The position numbers and the translations under genes were made by a program. Positions 1 through 7,796 of a stretch of 13,691 bases of DNA are shown here, in pieces; the first letter of the stretch is position 1, and each line of letters begins with the position of its first letter. The notes beneath the pieces are model-generated. The model was not told the origin of the DNA. It searched no databases and worked only from the letters and a program-made list of their open reading frames with translations. This DNA is from Candidatus Zixiibacteriota bacterium. GTDB taxonomy: Bacteria > Zixibacteria > MSB-5A5 > WJJR01. Location of the stretch: NCBI GenBank assembly GCA_036170655.1, contig JAVHPP010000075.1:1-13691 (forward strand). The letters run 5' to 3'.

Positions 1-411
1 AATTGGCACGCGACGATCGACACCAATCTGACCGGTCCGTTCTTCTCCTGCCGCGCCGTCGTTCCGATCATGCGCGAGCAGCGTCACGGGCGGATTATTA
101 ACGTGGTGAGCGGCGCCGGACGCAACGGCATCGCGGGCATGGGACCGTACTGCGCATCCAAGTTTGGGTTGGCGGGACTGACCGAATCGCTGGCGCTGGA
201 AGTCCGCGGCGACGGCATCCAGGTCTGCGCCGTCTTCCCCGGCTCGATTGAGACGCACTTCGCCGGGCGCACGCCGATAGATGAAAGCGCTGAGCGTTCA
301 ACGCGCGAGCGTCTGTCGCCGTTCGAAGTGGCCGAAGCGATCGCAGACCTCTGTGAAACCAATCCCAACGCGTGGATCTCGGAGTTGGTGATCAGGCCGC
401 TGATTCTGTGA
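1..411 (+). CDS. Short-chain dehydrogenase/reductase (SDR), 3' part; 5' end lies outside the window
   Basis: Frame is open from base 1 (NWHATIDTNLTGPF...). It contains GRIINVVS, the catalytic YxxxK (YCASK) and PGSIET, and ends with TGA at 409-411. Confidence 0.9.
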   Translation, partial: NWHATIDTNLTGPFFSCRAVVPIMREQRHGRIINVVSGAGRNGIAGMGPYCASKFGLAGLTESLALEVRGDGIQVCAVFPGSIETHFAGRTPIDESAERSTRERLSPFEVAEAIADLCETNPNAWISELVIRPLIL

Positions 412-584
412 CCGCACGTGGATCTCCAATCCCGGCGTCAACCCTTTCTTCCTTTCATTTGGATTGAAGGGGCTTGGTCAGTGCGTTACATTATCGAAGT
501 CGGCGGCGGAATGGTGGGCCGACGCGCCTCGGTTCAGATGCGAGACGCTGGTCGCTCCACCCCCAAGCAGAGAGCAGGATGGCC

Positions 585-2333
585 ATGCACGCAGAGAATT
601 CTGACGCAAAGAACAGCAAGGCTCGGAGCAGCAGAGAGACAGCCCGCACCAATCCGGTTGATTCGACGACCGCTCCGAATTTCATCCGCGACATTGTCGC
701 GGAGGATCTGAAAACCAACAAGTACGACGGACGGGTCGTGACGCGCTTTCCGCCGGAGCCCAACGGATACCTGCACATCGGGCACGCCAAGTCGATCTGC
801 CTCAATTTTGGCGTCGCCGCCGAACACGCAGGTGGGGTCACGCATCTCCGCTTCGACGACACCAACCCCAGCAAGGAGGATGTTGAGTACACCGAGGCGA
901 TCAAACGGGATGTCCTCTGGCTCGGCTTTGACTGGGGCGACAAACTGTTTCATGCTTCCGACTACTTCGAGCAGTTCTACGAGCACGCTGTCCGACTGAT
1001 CAAGGCCGGGAAGGCGTATGTCGATGACCTGACACCTGAAGAGATACGTGAGTACCGTGGCACGCTGACGGATCCGGGACGGGAAAGTCCGCATCGGAAC
1101 CGCTCGGTGGAGGATAACCTCGATCTATGCACCAGAATGCGGGCGGGGGAATTCCCCGACGGCTCACGTGTGCTGCGCGCCAAAATCGACATGACGTCGG
1201 GCAATGTGAACCTGCGCGATCCGGTCATCTACCGCATCAAGCACGAGGCGCATCACCGGACGGGCGACACATGGTGCATCTACCCGATGTACGATTTCGC
1301 CCACTGCCTGTCCGATTCCATCGAGCGCATTACCCACTCGATCTGCACGCTCGAATTCGAAGACCACCGTCCGCTATACGACTGGTATCTCGACCAGTTG
1401 GGCGTGTACCATCCGCAGCAGATCGAGTTTGCGCGGCTGGAACTCAGCTACACGGTCATGAGCAAACGCAAGCTCCTCACGTTGATTGCGGAGGGGCGCG
1501 TTTCCGGGTGGGACGATCCTCGCATGCCGACGATCGCCGGTCTGCGCCGCCGCGGATTTACGCCGGAAGCGATCCGTGATTTCTGTGAACGCATCGGCGT
1601 GGCCAAGCGGATGGACAGTGTGGTCGACGTGGCCCTGCTCGAGCACTGCCTGCGTGAGGACCTGAACCGGCGCGCCCCGCGGGTGATGGCGATCCTGCGC
1701 CCGTTGCGGCTGGTCATCGATAACTATCCGGAGGACAAGGGGGAGGAGTTCGACGCCGAGAATAATCCGGAGGATCCCGCCGCCGGGACACGAAAGATTC
1801 CCTTTTCACGCATCGTCGCCATTGAGCGCGATGACTTTCGCGAGGATCCCCCCAAGGGGTATTTCCGTCTCGCGCCGGGCCGGGAAGTCCGTCTCAAGCA
1901 CGCTTATTACATTACCTGCACGCGGGTCATCAAAGACGAGCGAACCGGCGAGCCGGTTGAGATCCACTGCACTTACGATCCCGCGTCGCGTGGCGGCGGC
2001 ACACCGGATGGACGGACTGTGCGGGGGACACTGCACTGGGTTTCCGCGCCGCATGCGATTCGGGCGGAAGTCCGGCTCTACGACCATCTCTTCACCAAGC
2101 CCAATCCCGAAGAAGACCCCGATTTCCGCGTCAATCTCAACCCCAACTCGCTGGAGCGGCTGACGGCCTGCATGGTCGAACCAAGTCTGAAATCTGCCGC
2201 GCCCGGCAGCCGTTACCAGTTTCTGCGCAACGGCTACTTCTGCGCCGACTTGGTCGATTCTACGCCCGAGGCGCTCGTGTTCAATCGAACCGTGTCTCTG
2301 CGCGATTCCTGGGCGAAGATGCAGAAAAAGTAG
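585..2333 (+). CDS. glnS: Glutamine--tRNA ligase (GlnRS)
   Basis: Contains [22 protein letters not shown] (HIGH), [42 protein letters not shown] and the C-terminal FNRTVSLRD. Start chosen as ATG 585 after AGGA; ATG 579 is also possible. The stop TAG is part of the REP GTAG. Confidence 0.97.
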   Translation: MHAENSDAKNSKARSSRETARTNPVDSTTAPNFIRDIVAEDLKTNKYDGRVVTRFPPEPNGYLHIGHAKSICLNFGVAAEHAGGVTHLRFDDTNPSKEDVEYTEAIKRDVLWLGFDWGDKLFHASDYFEQFYEHAVRLIKAGKAYVDDLTPEEIREYRGTLTDPGRESPHRNRSVEDNLDLCTRMRAGEFPDGSRVLRAKIDMTSGNVNLRDPVIYRIKHEAHHRTGDTWCIYPMYDFAHCLSDSIERITHSICTLEFEDHRPLYDWYLDQLGVYHPQQIEFARLELSYTVMSKRKLLTLIAEGRVSGWDDPRMPTIAGLRRRGFTPEAIRDFCERIGVAKRMDSVVDVALLEHCLREDLNRRAPRVMAILRPLRLVIDNYPEDKGEEFDAENNPEDPAAGTRKIPFSRIVAIERDDFREDPPKGYFRLAPGREVRLKHAYYITCTRVIKDERTGEPVEIHCTYDPASRGGGTPDGRTVRGTLHWVSAPHAIRAEVRLYDHLFTKPNPEEDPDFRVNLNPNSLERLTACMVEPSLKSAAPGSRYQFLRNGYFCADLVDSTPEALVFNRTVSLRDSWAKMQKK

Positions 2334-2403
2334 GGTGGGTGCTTTGCACCCACCATTTGGTCGCACCCGTCCCAAGATGGTGGGTGCAGAGCACCCACCC
2401 TAC
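2330..2403. repeat. REPIN1: inverted doublet of GTAG-family REPs
   Basis: GTAGGGTGGGTGCTTTGCACCCACC, a 24-nt spacer, then GGTGGGTGCAGAGCACCCACCCTAC. Each half is GTAG plus a palindrome, and the whole 74 bp can form a long hairpin. It may also act as the glnS terminator. Confidence 0.93.
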
Positions 2404-2404
2404 A

Positions 2405-2494
2405 GTGGACTTGGTCGATTCCACGTCCGGGTCGCTCGTATTTAGTCGGACCGTGTCTCTGCGCGATTCGTGGGTGAAGAGGCAGAAGAAGTAG
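2405..2494 (+). pseudogene. Diverged duplicate of the glnS 3' end ([29 protein letters not shown])
   Basis: 2408-2494 aligns without gaps to 2247-2333 at a 161-bp offset. By manual count there are 12 substitutions in 87 nt (6 synonymous, 6 non-synonymous). Confidence 0.9.
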
Positions 2495-2564
2495 GGTGGG
2501 TGCTTTGCACCCACCATTTGGTCGCACCGGCCCCAGGATGGTGGGTGCAGAGCACCCACCGTAC
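2491..2564. repeat. REPIN2 (diverged copy; terminal CCTAC changed to CGTAC)
   Basis: Same 74-bp structure as REPIN1 with 4 mismatches, one of which alters the GTAG of the right-hand REP. Confidence 0.92.
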
Positions 2565-2571
2565 GGCCGTA

Positions 2572-3117
2572 TCATTCCCATTCGATGTCCGCGCCTATGC
2601 TCTGTTCCGACAGTCGCTTCTCTTGGTAGAATCCTTTCTCGACGAATGATCGATACGTCGAATACGACCATTCGCCCGGCTCGGCGGCCAATCCGTGTTT
2701 TACGGGATTGAAATGGATGTAATCGATGTGACGCCGCAGATCATCCTCGTTGCGGATGGTGTGTTCCCAATACCGCCGCTACCAGACCGTCCTCTCTGTG
2801 TGCCGCTGTCGTGACGGATTCGCTGGAGCGCTATGTGATAGACCATCCGCCACCAGGCGGGAAAACCTCGACTTGATCAGTCGCCATCGCGTCGGGAAAT
2901 CCGCATCGCCCTCCGGTAATTTCCAGATACAATGGAGATGATCCGGCAACAAAACCCAGGCCGGCGATTCAAAGGGAAAGCGCACACGTGTTTCTTGAAC
3001 CGCGGACCGCAGCGCCAAGCGGCAAACGTCTTGACAGAGAATCGGCATCCGGTCATACGTTACGACCGTGAAAAAATACGTGCCCCCGGGGATGCGTACT
3101 CGGCGGTATTCGGGCAT
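2572..3117 (-). mobile_element. rayT: REP-associated tyrosine transposase (RAYT/TnpA-REP, IS200/IS605 Y1 HUH family) interrupted by one in-frame TAG at 2779-2781
   Basis: Begins MPEYRRVRIPGGTYFFTVVT and has the HUH motif VLLPDHLHCIW and WRLIKSRFS. After VW* the same frame continues RRYWEHTIRNEDDLRRHIDYIHFNPVKHGL...WSYSTY...DIEWE to TGA at 2572-2574. It is flanked by REPINs on both sides. Confidence 0.92.
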
Positions 3118-3124
3118 ACGGGAG

Positions 3125-3152
3125 AGTATCCCCGTTGGGATAAGTGGTTCAA
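3125..3152 (-). promoter_or_regulatory. Putative sigma70-type promoter of rayT (possibly leaderless)
   Basis: Minus strand reads TTGAAC (3152-3147), 16 nt, GATACT (3130-3125), 7 nt, then ATG at 3117. No Shine-Dalgarno is visible. Confidence 0.4.
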
Positions 3153-3174
3153 GAGAAATCGTGCGTGCGACTAA

Positions 3175-3248
3175 GTAGGGTGGGTGCTTTGCACCCACCA
3201 TTTCGTCGCACCCGTCCCAAGATGGTGGGTGCAGAGCACCCACCCTAC
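3175..3248. repeat. REPIN3
   Basis: 74 bp, differing from REPIN1 at a single spacer base, and in the same orientation as REPIN1 and REPIN2. Confidence 0.93.
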
Positions 3249-3938
3249 TCGTACAGGAACTTGAGATATATTCGAAGGGGGTGAACTGGGCATAGGGTGA
3301 CTTATTGATGATGGTGTCTTCGTAGGGCGTTGAAACATCCACCGCGACGGCCCAGAGTCCATTGAACTTGCTGATGGCAACTCGTAGTCAGAGTGGTTCT
3401 TGAGCTCGACATTGTACTCCAGATTGTCCTGAAGCCCTGCCTGGGTCAAGTTGCTCGAGCCAGTAATCACGCGCCCCTTGTCTCTGTCGCCCTCAGCGAA
3501 AGTCATGATGTAGACTTTCGCGTGGAGGATTTCGCTGGGGTGAGCTTTGATCTCCAGTTTACCCGAGCGAATCCACTCCACAAACTTCTGAACACCCTTC
3601 TCGATGTCCGCAGTGTCTGCAGATTTCTCGAGTTCGTCGAGCAACTCCTTGGTAACCCGCTCTTTCGCGGACGCGTGCGACACCAGGTTCAACTCGCCCT
3701 GCTCTCTATCTCGTTGCAGAAGTTCGTATGCCGCGCGATCAGTCCGGAGGCCAACCAGGATGCGAATCTTCTCGACGTTCTCCATGGCCGGATAGAGCTT
3801 GTAGAAACCGCTGATGAAAAAGCACCCCACCAGGCAGTCGAAGTAATGGGTGTCAGTCTCGAGCAAGATTTCAAAGCGATGACGCAGGCTTTTGCCCGGC
3901 TCATTGGTAATGAACGTGAGGTCGGTTGACATTGTCAT
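3245..3938 (-). pseudogene. Truncated, frameshifted N-terminal PLD (HKD nuclease) domain, probably of a PLD-SNF2/DEXD helicase (restriction/defence-associated type)
   Basis: Reads MTMSTDLTFITNEPG...LVGCFFISGF...IRILVG...LHAKVYI...ITGSSNLT...LEYNV, with GAGG upstream of ATG 3938. Apparent 1-nt deletions near 3380 and 3270; correcting them gives DYE(F)AISKFNGLW and TPFE(L)YLKFLYE. The gene then stops at the REPIN3 GTAG. Confidence 0.8.
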
Positions 3939-4188
3939 AGAGTGTGCCTCTGATCTGATGTGGGTGGGTGGGCACAATCTAAGAAACGAGATTCCTGTTT
4001 GCCAGCGCTTCGCTCCGTTCGTGGCGTCGTTAAGGTGAGCCGCCGGGACCGTCTTTTCCGCGCACTCGGATTCTCCGCACCTGCGCCGATTTGTCGCGGA
4101 ATCTCGCACATTTCGCCGTATATTCCCGCCCGTGCGGTTGCAAGCGCGGACCGCCTTGGTCAGTGAAGTAGACGTTATTGAGGCAAAA

Positions 4189-5652
4189 GTGAATCCATCG
4201 GTCAAAGCACCAGTTATCAAATCTCCCGCTACCAAGTCCCCCGCACCAAGCGCTCCCGTGGCGGACAGCTTTTCATCGTTTGCGCTTCACCCCGACCTGT
4301 TGCGCGGCGTGGCGGATATGGGTTTCACCCGCCCAACGCCAATCCAGCGTGACACCATTCCTCCGGCGCTGGAGGGGCGCGACATTCTGGCTTGTGCAAT
4401 GACGGGATCGGGCAAGACGGCGGCTTTTCTGCTGCCGATTCTCCATCAACTGCTTGGGAAACGACGCCACACGACGCGCGCGCTGGTCCTGACACCGACG
4501 CGGGAGTTGGCCGCACAGATCGCCGAACATCTGGAGTCACTGGCGATCCACACGCCCTTGTCGGGCGCGGCGGTCTTCGGCGGCGTCGGCATGGGACCGC
4601 AGGAGCATGCTTTTCGCTCCGGCGTCGATGTGATCGTCGCGACACCGGGACGCCTGCTGGACCATTTTCAATATCCGTATGCACGGCTGGCCGGGCTGGA
4701 GATTCTTGTTCTCGATGAAGCCGACCGGATGCTCGACATGGGTTTTCTGCCCGACATTCGCCGGATACTCAGCCATCTGCCGCCGCCACGTCAGACATTG
4801 TTTTGCTCGGCGACCTTGCCGCCGCCGATCGTGGCGCTCTCCCGCGAGATGCTGAACCGTCCCGTGGCCATCAATGTCGAGCGCAAGTCCGCACCGGCTG
4901 TGGGTATCACACAGTCGGTCTATCCGGTTCGCCGAGAACTGAAGGCCCCGTTGCTGCTGGAACTGCTCCGGCGTGGTTCGATTACGAGCGCGCTGGTCTT
5001 CACCCGCACCAAGCACCGGGCCAACCGTCTGGCCGAGTTCCTTCAGCGTCACGGCGTGGTCTGCGAACGCATCCACGGCAACCGCAGTCAGAATCAGCGC
5101 ACCGAGGCCCTTGACGGATTCAAGAACGGCCGCTTTCCGGTGCTGGTGGCCACTGATATCGCCGCACGCGGGATCGACGTCGAAGGCATCTCCCACGTGG
5201 TGAACTTCGATGTCCCCGAAGTGCCTGACAGCTACATTCATCGCGTGGGACGGACAGCCCGCGCTTCGGCGACCGGGGATGCGTTCACATTTGTTTCAGA
5301 CAGCGAAGAAGCGGATTTGCGGGCGATTGAAAAGGCGCTCGGCGTACGTCTGCCACGAATGTTGCTGGATGGGTTTGACTACACGGCCCGGTCAGCCGAG
5401 AAACTTGAGATCCCTCTGGCTGAACGAATCGCCGATATTCGAGCGCGTCGCGCTGTGGAACGCGGCCGTGCCGGGAAGAAGACTCAGCAGCGCGAGCAGG
5501 GACGAACCAGAGAATCCGTGCGCACGAAGACGAATGCCCCAGCGACGACAAAACCCTTGGCGCCGAAGCCGAAACCGGCTGGTGGCGGATATGGCCGCAC
5601 GTCCCGTCCGCCGGGAAAGACCACGCGACGGGGCCCCCGGCGTGTCCGGTGA
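4189..5652 (+). CDS. DEAD-box ATP-dependent RNA helicase (RhlE-like)
   Basis: Has the Q motif (GFTRPTPIQ), AMTGSGKT, PTRELA, TPGRLLD, DEADRMLDMGF, SAT, ARGID and HRVGRTAR, plus a basic C-terminal tail. Start chosen as GTG 4189 after GAGG; the exact start is uncertain. Confidence 0.95.
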   Translation: MNPSVKAPVIKSPATKSPAPSAPVADSFSSFALHPDLLRGVADMGFTRPTPIQRDTIPPALEGRDILACAMTGSGKTAAFLLPILHQLLGKRRHTTRALVLTPTRELAAQIAEHLESLAIHTPLSGAAVFGGVGMGPQEHAFRSGVDVIVATPGRLLDHFQYPYARLAGLEILVLDEADRMLDMGFLPDIRRILSHLPPPRQTLFCSATLPPPIVALSREMLNRPVAINVERKSAPAVGITQSVYPVRRELKAPLLLELLRRGSITSALVFTRTKHRANRLAEFLQRHGVVCERIHGNRSQNQRTEALDGFKNGRFPVLVATDIAARGIDVEGISHVVNFDVPEVPDSYIHRVGRTARASATGDAFTFVSDSEEADLRAIEKALGVRLPRMLLDGFDYTARSAEKLEIPLAERIADIRARRAVERGRAGKKTQQREQGRTRESVRTKTNAPATTKPLAPKPKPAGGGYGRTSRPPGKTTRRGPRRVR

Positions 5653-5900
5653 GAAGCGTCTACGCCTTCTGGAAGCGCCACGAACTGTCCCTGGGTATGC
5701 ACCCGAGTCTTGACGCACGGACGTGGCACTCTCCAGCCGCGGCTGCAACAGAATCGTTATGTCATTTTTGTTCCGGCGCAGGTGAAACGCGGAACAAGGC
5801 ATTGAATGAGCGGGAGCGTCTGGTTAGATTGACGCCGCCATGAGTCATGCTCACACGACGAAACACTCGTTATGGTGGGCCCAATCCACAGGCGCAAATT

Positions 5901-5950
5901 CACTCTGTCTGGCACGGTTCACCGTGAACGGTGCCATCTCGTGACAGATG
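5901..5950. promoter_or_regulatory. Long imperfect inverted repeat upstream of the DUF47-pit operon
   Basis: TGGCACGGTTCAC-C-GTGAACGGTGCCA (5910-5936, one mismatched pair), extended by TCTGTC (5904-5909) pairing with GACAGA (5943-5948). Confidence 0.45.
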
Positions 5951-5966
5951 ACCATCGGGAGTGATT

Positions 5967-6596
5967 ATGTTTAAGCGCTTCTTGCCCAGGGAAACCTGTT
6001 TCTTCGACTTTTTCGAGCAGCACAGCAAGCTGTCGATCGAAGCGTGCACGGAACTGAGCGCCATTGTCTCAAATCCCGCCGAGTTGGTCAGCCGGGCCAA
6101 CCGCATCAAGGAGATCGAGCATCAGGCGGACGATGTCACGCATCAGTGCATTGATGCCCTCCATCGCACCTTTATCACGCCGATCGACCGAGCGGATATT
6201 TACCGGCTGATCAAGCGGCTCGATGACGTTGTCGATTCCGTCGATTTGTCCGCTTCGCGGATGATGCTCTACGAGATGACCGAGATGTGGCCCGAGTTGA
6301 AGCAGTTGGCCGAGCTTCTGATCAATGGGACCACCGCGATTGAAGGCGCCATTCACGGCCTGCGCAAGCTGAACCAGAAGGGCGAGGCCATTCAAGAGCG
6401 CTGCCGGGCCATTTATGAGGCCGAGACGGAGGCCGATCAGATCTTGCGGTCAGCGCTTGCCCGTCTCTTCAAGGAGGAGACCGATCCGATCCTCGTGATC
6501 AAACGGAAAGAGATCCTTGAGCGCCTGGAAAAAGCCACCGATCGCTGCGAAGATGTCGCCAACATCGTCGAGGGCATTGTCATCGAAGCGTCCTGA
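5967..6596 (+). CDS. DUF47 family (PhoU-like) phosphate transport regulator / Pit accessory protein
   Basis: Contains FLPRETCFFDFF, IKEIEHQAD, TFITPIDRADI, E.EAD and LEKATDRCEDVANIVEGI. GGGAG precedes ATG 5967, and the gene ends 2 nt before pit. Confidence 0.92.
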   Translation: MFKRFLPRETCFFDFFEQHSKLSIEACTELSAIVSNPAELVSRANRIKEIEHQADDVTHQCIDALHRTFITPIDRADIYRLIKRLDDVVDSVDLSASRMMLYEMTEMWPELKQLAELLINGTTAIEGAIHGLRKLNQKGEAIQERCRAIYEAETEADQILRSALARLFKEETDPILVIKRKEILERLEKATDRCEDVANIVEGIVIEAS

Positions 6597-6598
6597 CC

Positions 6599-7630
6599 AT
6601 GACAGCCCTCATGCTTGTCATGATTGTGACGGTCGCGGTGGCGCTGCTGTTCGACGTGATCAATGGATTCCATGATGCGGCCAATTCCATCGCCACAGTC
6701 GTGTCGACGCGGGTACTGACTCCCAAGGTGGCTGTCTGGTGGGCCGCCTTCTTCAATCTCGTTGCCATGTTCATCTTCGCGCCCCGCGTGGCCGACACGA
6801 TTGCCAAGATTGTGAGAATTGATGGACAGGATACGGTTTATGTGTATGTGGTGCTGGCTGGTCTGGTCGGGGCGATCCTGTGGGACTTGATCACCTGGCG
6901 GCTGAGTCTGCCAACCAGTTCATCCCATGCCCTGATCGGGGGAGTGGCGGGCGCCGGGCTGGCGTACAAAGGGGTGGATGTTATTCGGTGGGGGCATATC
7001 TGGAAGACCGTCCAGTTCATTCCGTTGGCTCCCCTGATCGGTCTGGTAATCGGGTTCATCATCGCCATGCTTGTCTTTTGGGCGTTTCGCCGCTGGCGGC
7101 CAAGTAGTGTGGACCGGCTGTTCCGCAAGGGGCAGCTGCTGTCCGCCGCGTTGTACTCTCTCGGCCACGGCGGCAACGATGCCCAGAAGACCATGGGAAT
7201 TATCATGGCCCTCTTGATCGCGGGCGGGATTATGAAACCCGACACGCAACTTTCTCTCATGCATTCCAATACGATGTGGATTATCCTGTCCTGTCATCTG
7301 GCCATGGGGCTTGGCACCGCCTTTGGCGGCTGGAGAATCGTCAGGACGATGGGTATGAGGATCACCAAGCTCAAACCGGTCGGCGGTTTTTGCGCCGAAT
7401 CGGCCGGCGCGGCGACACTGTTCATGGCGACGCACCTCGGTGTCCCGGTTTCCACCACACACACGATCACCGGGGCGATTGTCGGCGTGGGCGCCACGAA
7501 CAAGCTGTCAGGGATTAAATGGGGCGTGGCCGGACGCATAGTGTGGGCGTGGGTCTTCACCATCCCAGCCGCCGGACTGATGTCATCGGGATGTTTCTAC
7601 CTGATCAAGTTCATCCATCCGGGTTTCTGA
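6599..7630 (+). CDS. pit: Inorganic phosphate transporter, PiT family
   Basis: Has the signatures NGFHDAANSIAT, LPTSSSHALIG, HGGNDAQKTMG and GVPVSTTH, with many hydrophobic helices. Confidence 0.96.
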   Translation: MTALMLVMIVTVAVALLFDVINGFHDAANSIATVVSTRVLTPKVAVWWAAFFNLVAMFIFAPRVADTIAKIVRIDGQDTVYVYVVLAGLVGAILWDLITWRLSLPTSSSHALIGGVAGAGLAYKGVDVIRWGHIWKTVQFIPLAPLIGLVIGFIIAMLVFWAFRRWRPSSVDRLFRKGQLLSAALYSLGHGGNDAQKTMGIIMALLIAGGIMKPDTQLSLMHSNTMWIILSCHLAMGLGTAFGGWRIVRTMGMRITKLKPVGGFCAESAGAATLFMATHLGVPVSTTHTITGAIVGVGATNKLSGIKWGVAGRIVWAWVFTIPAAGLMSSGCFYLIKFIHPGF

Positions 7631-7695
7631 GCGGCGACGGACGTTGGATTGCCACGCCCCAGCCCCAAAGCTGCCCCAAAACAACTATAGATAGA

Positions 7696-7740
7696 AAGCC
7701 GGCATGGCCCTTCCCGTTTGGGGAGGCCCGTCGCCGGCTT
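7696..7740. terminator. Putative hairpin terminator between the convergent pit and PDZ genes
   Basis: Outer stem AAGCCGGC/GCCGGCTT with an inner imperfect GGCCCTTCCC/GGGGAGGCC stem. The T tails are weak. Confidence 0.45.
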
Positions 7741-7796
7741 CTGGTCAACACACGGTAGATGAGAAATCCCCTCTCGGAACGAGAGAGATTGTCTCC

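Noticed and set aside
2247..2494. DGR-style variable/template repeat pair at the glnS C-terminus
   Set aside because: The 12 mismatches are not adenine-specific in either copy or on either strand, and there is no reverse transcriptase in the window.
2779..2781. Genome-wide TAG-to-Gln recoding
   Set aside because: TAG is the apparent true stop of glnS and of the PDZ gene, and no housekeeping gene here has an internal TAG.
2330..3248. CRISPR array
   Set aside because: The repeats are 74-bp GTAG REP doublets with irregular spacing (87 and 610 nt), next to a RAYT and with no cas genes.
3957..3976. GATGTGGGTGGGTGGGCAC as a fourth, degenerate REP marking the island end
   Set aside because: It shares only about 9 nt (GGGTGGGTG) with the REP and lacks both GTAG and the palindrome partner.
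3171..4235. 354-aa and 187-aa minus-strand ORFs from the track as real genes
   Set aside because: They are chimeric frames running through intergenic DNA, the PLD pseudogene, REPIN3 and half of rayT.
5755..5775. Pho box upstream of DUF47-pit
   Set aside because: Only one GTCAT half-site is present, with no second copy at 11-bp spacing.
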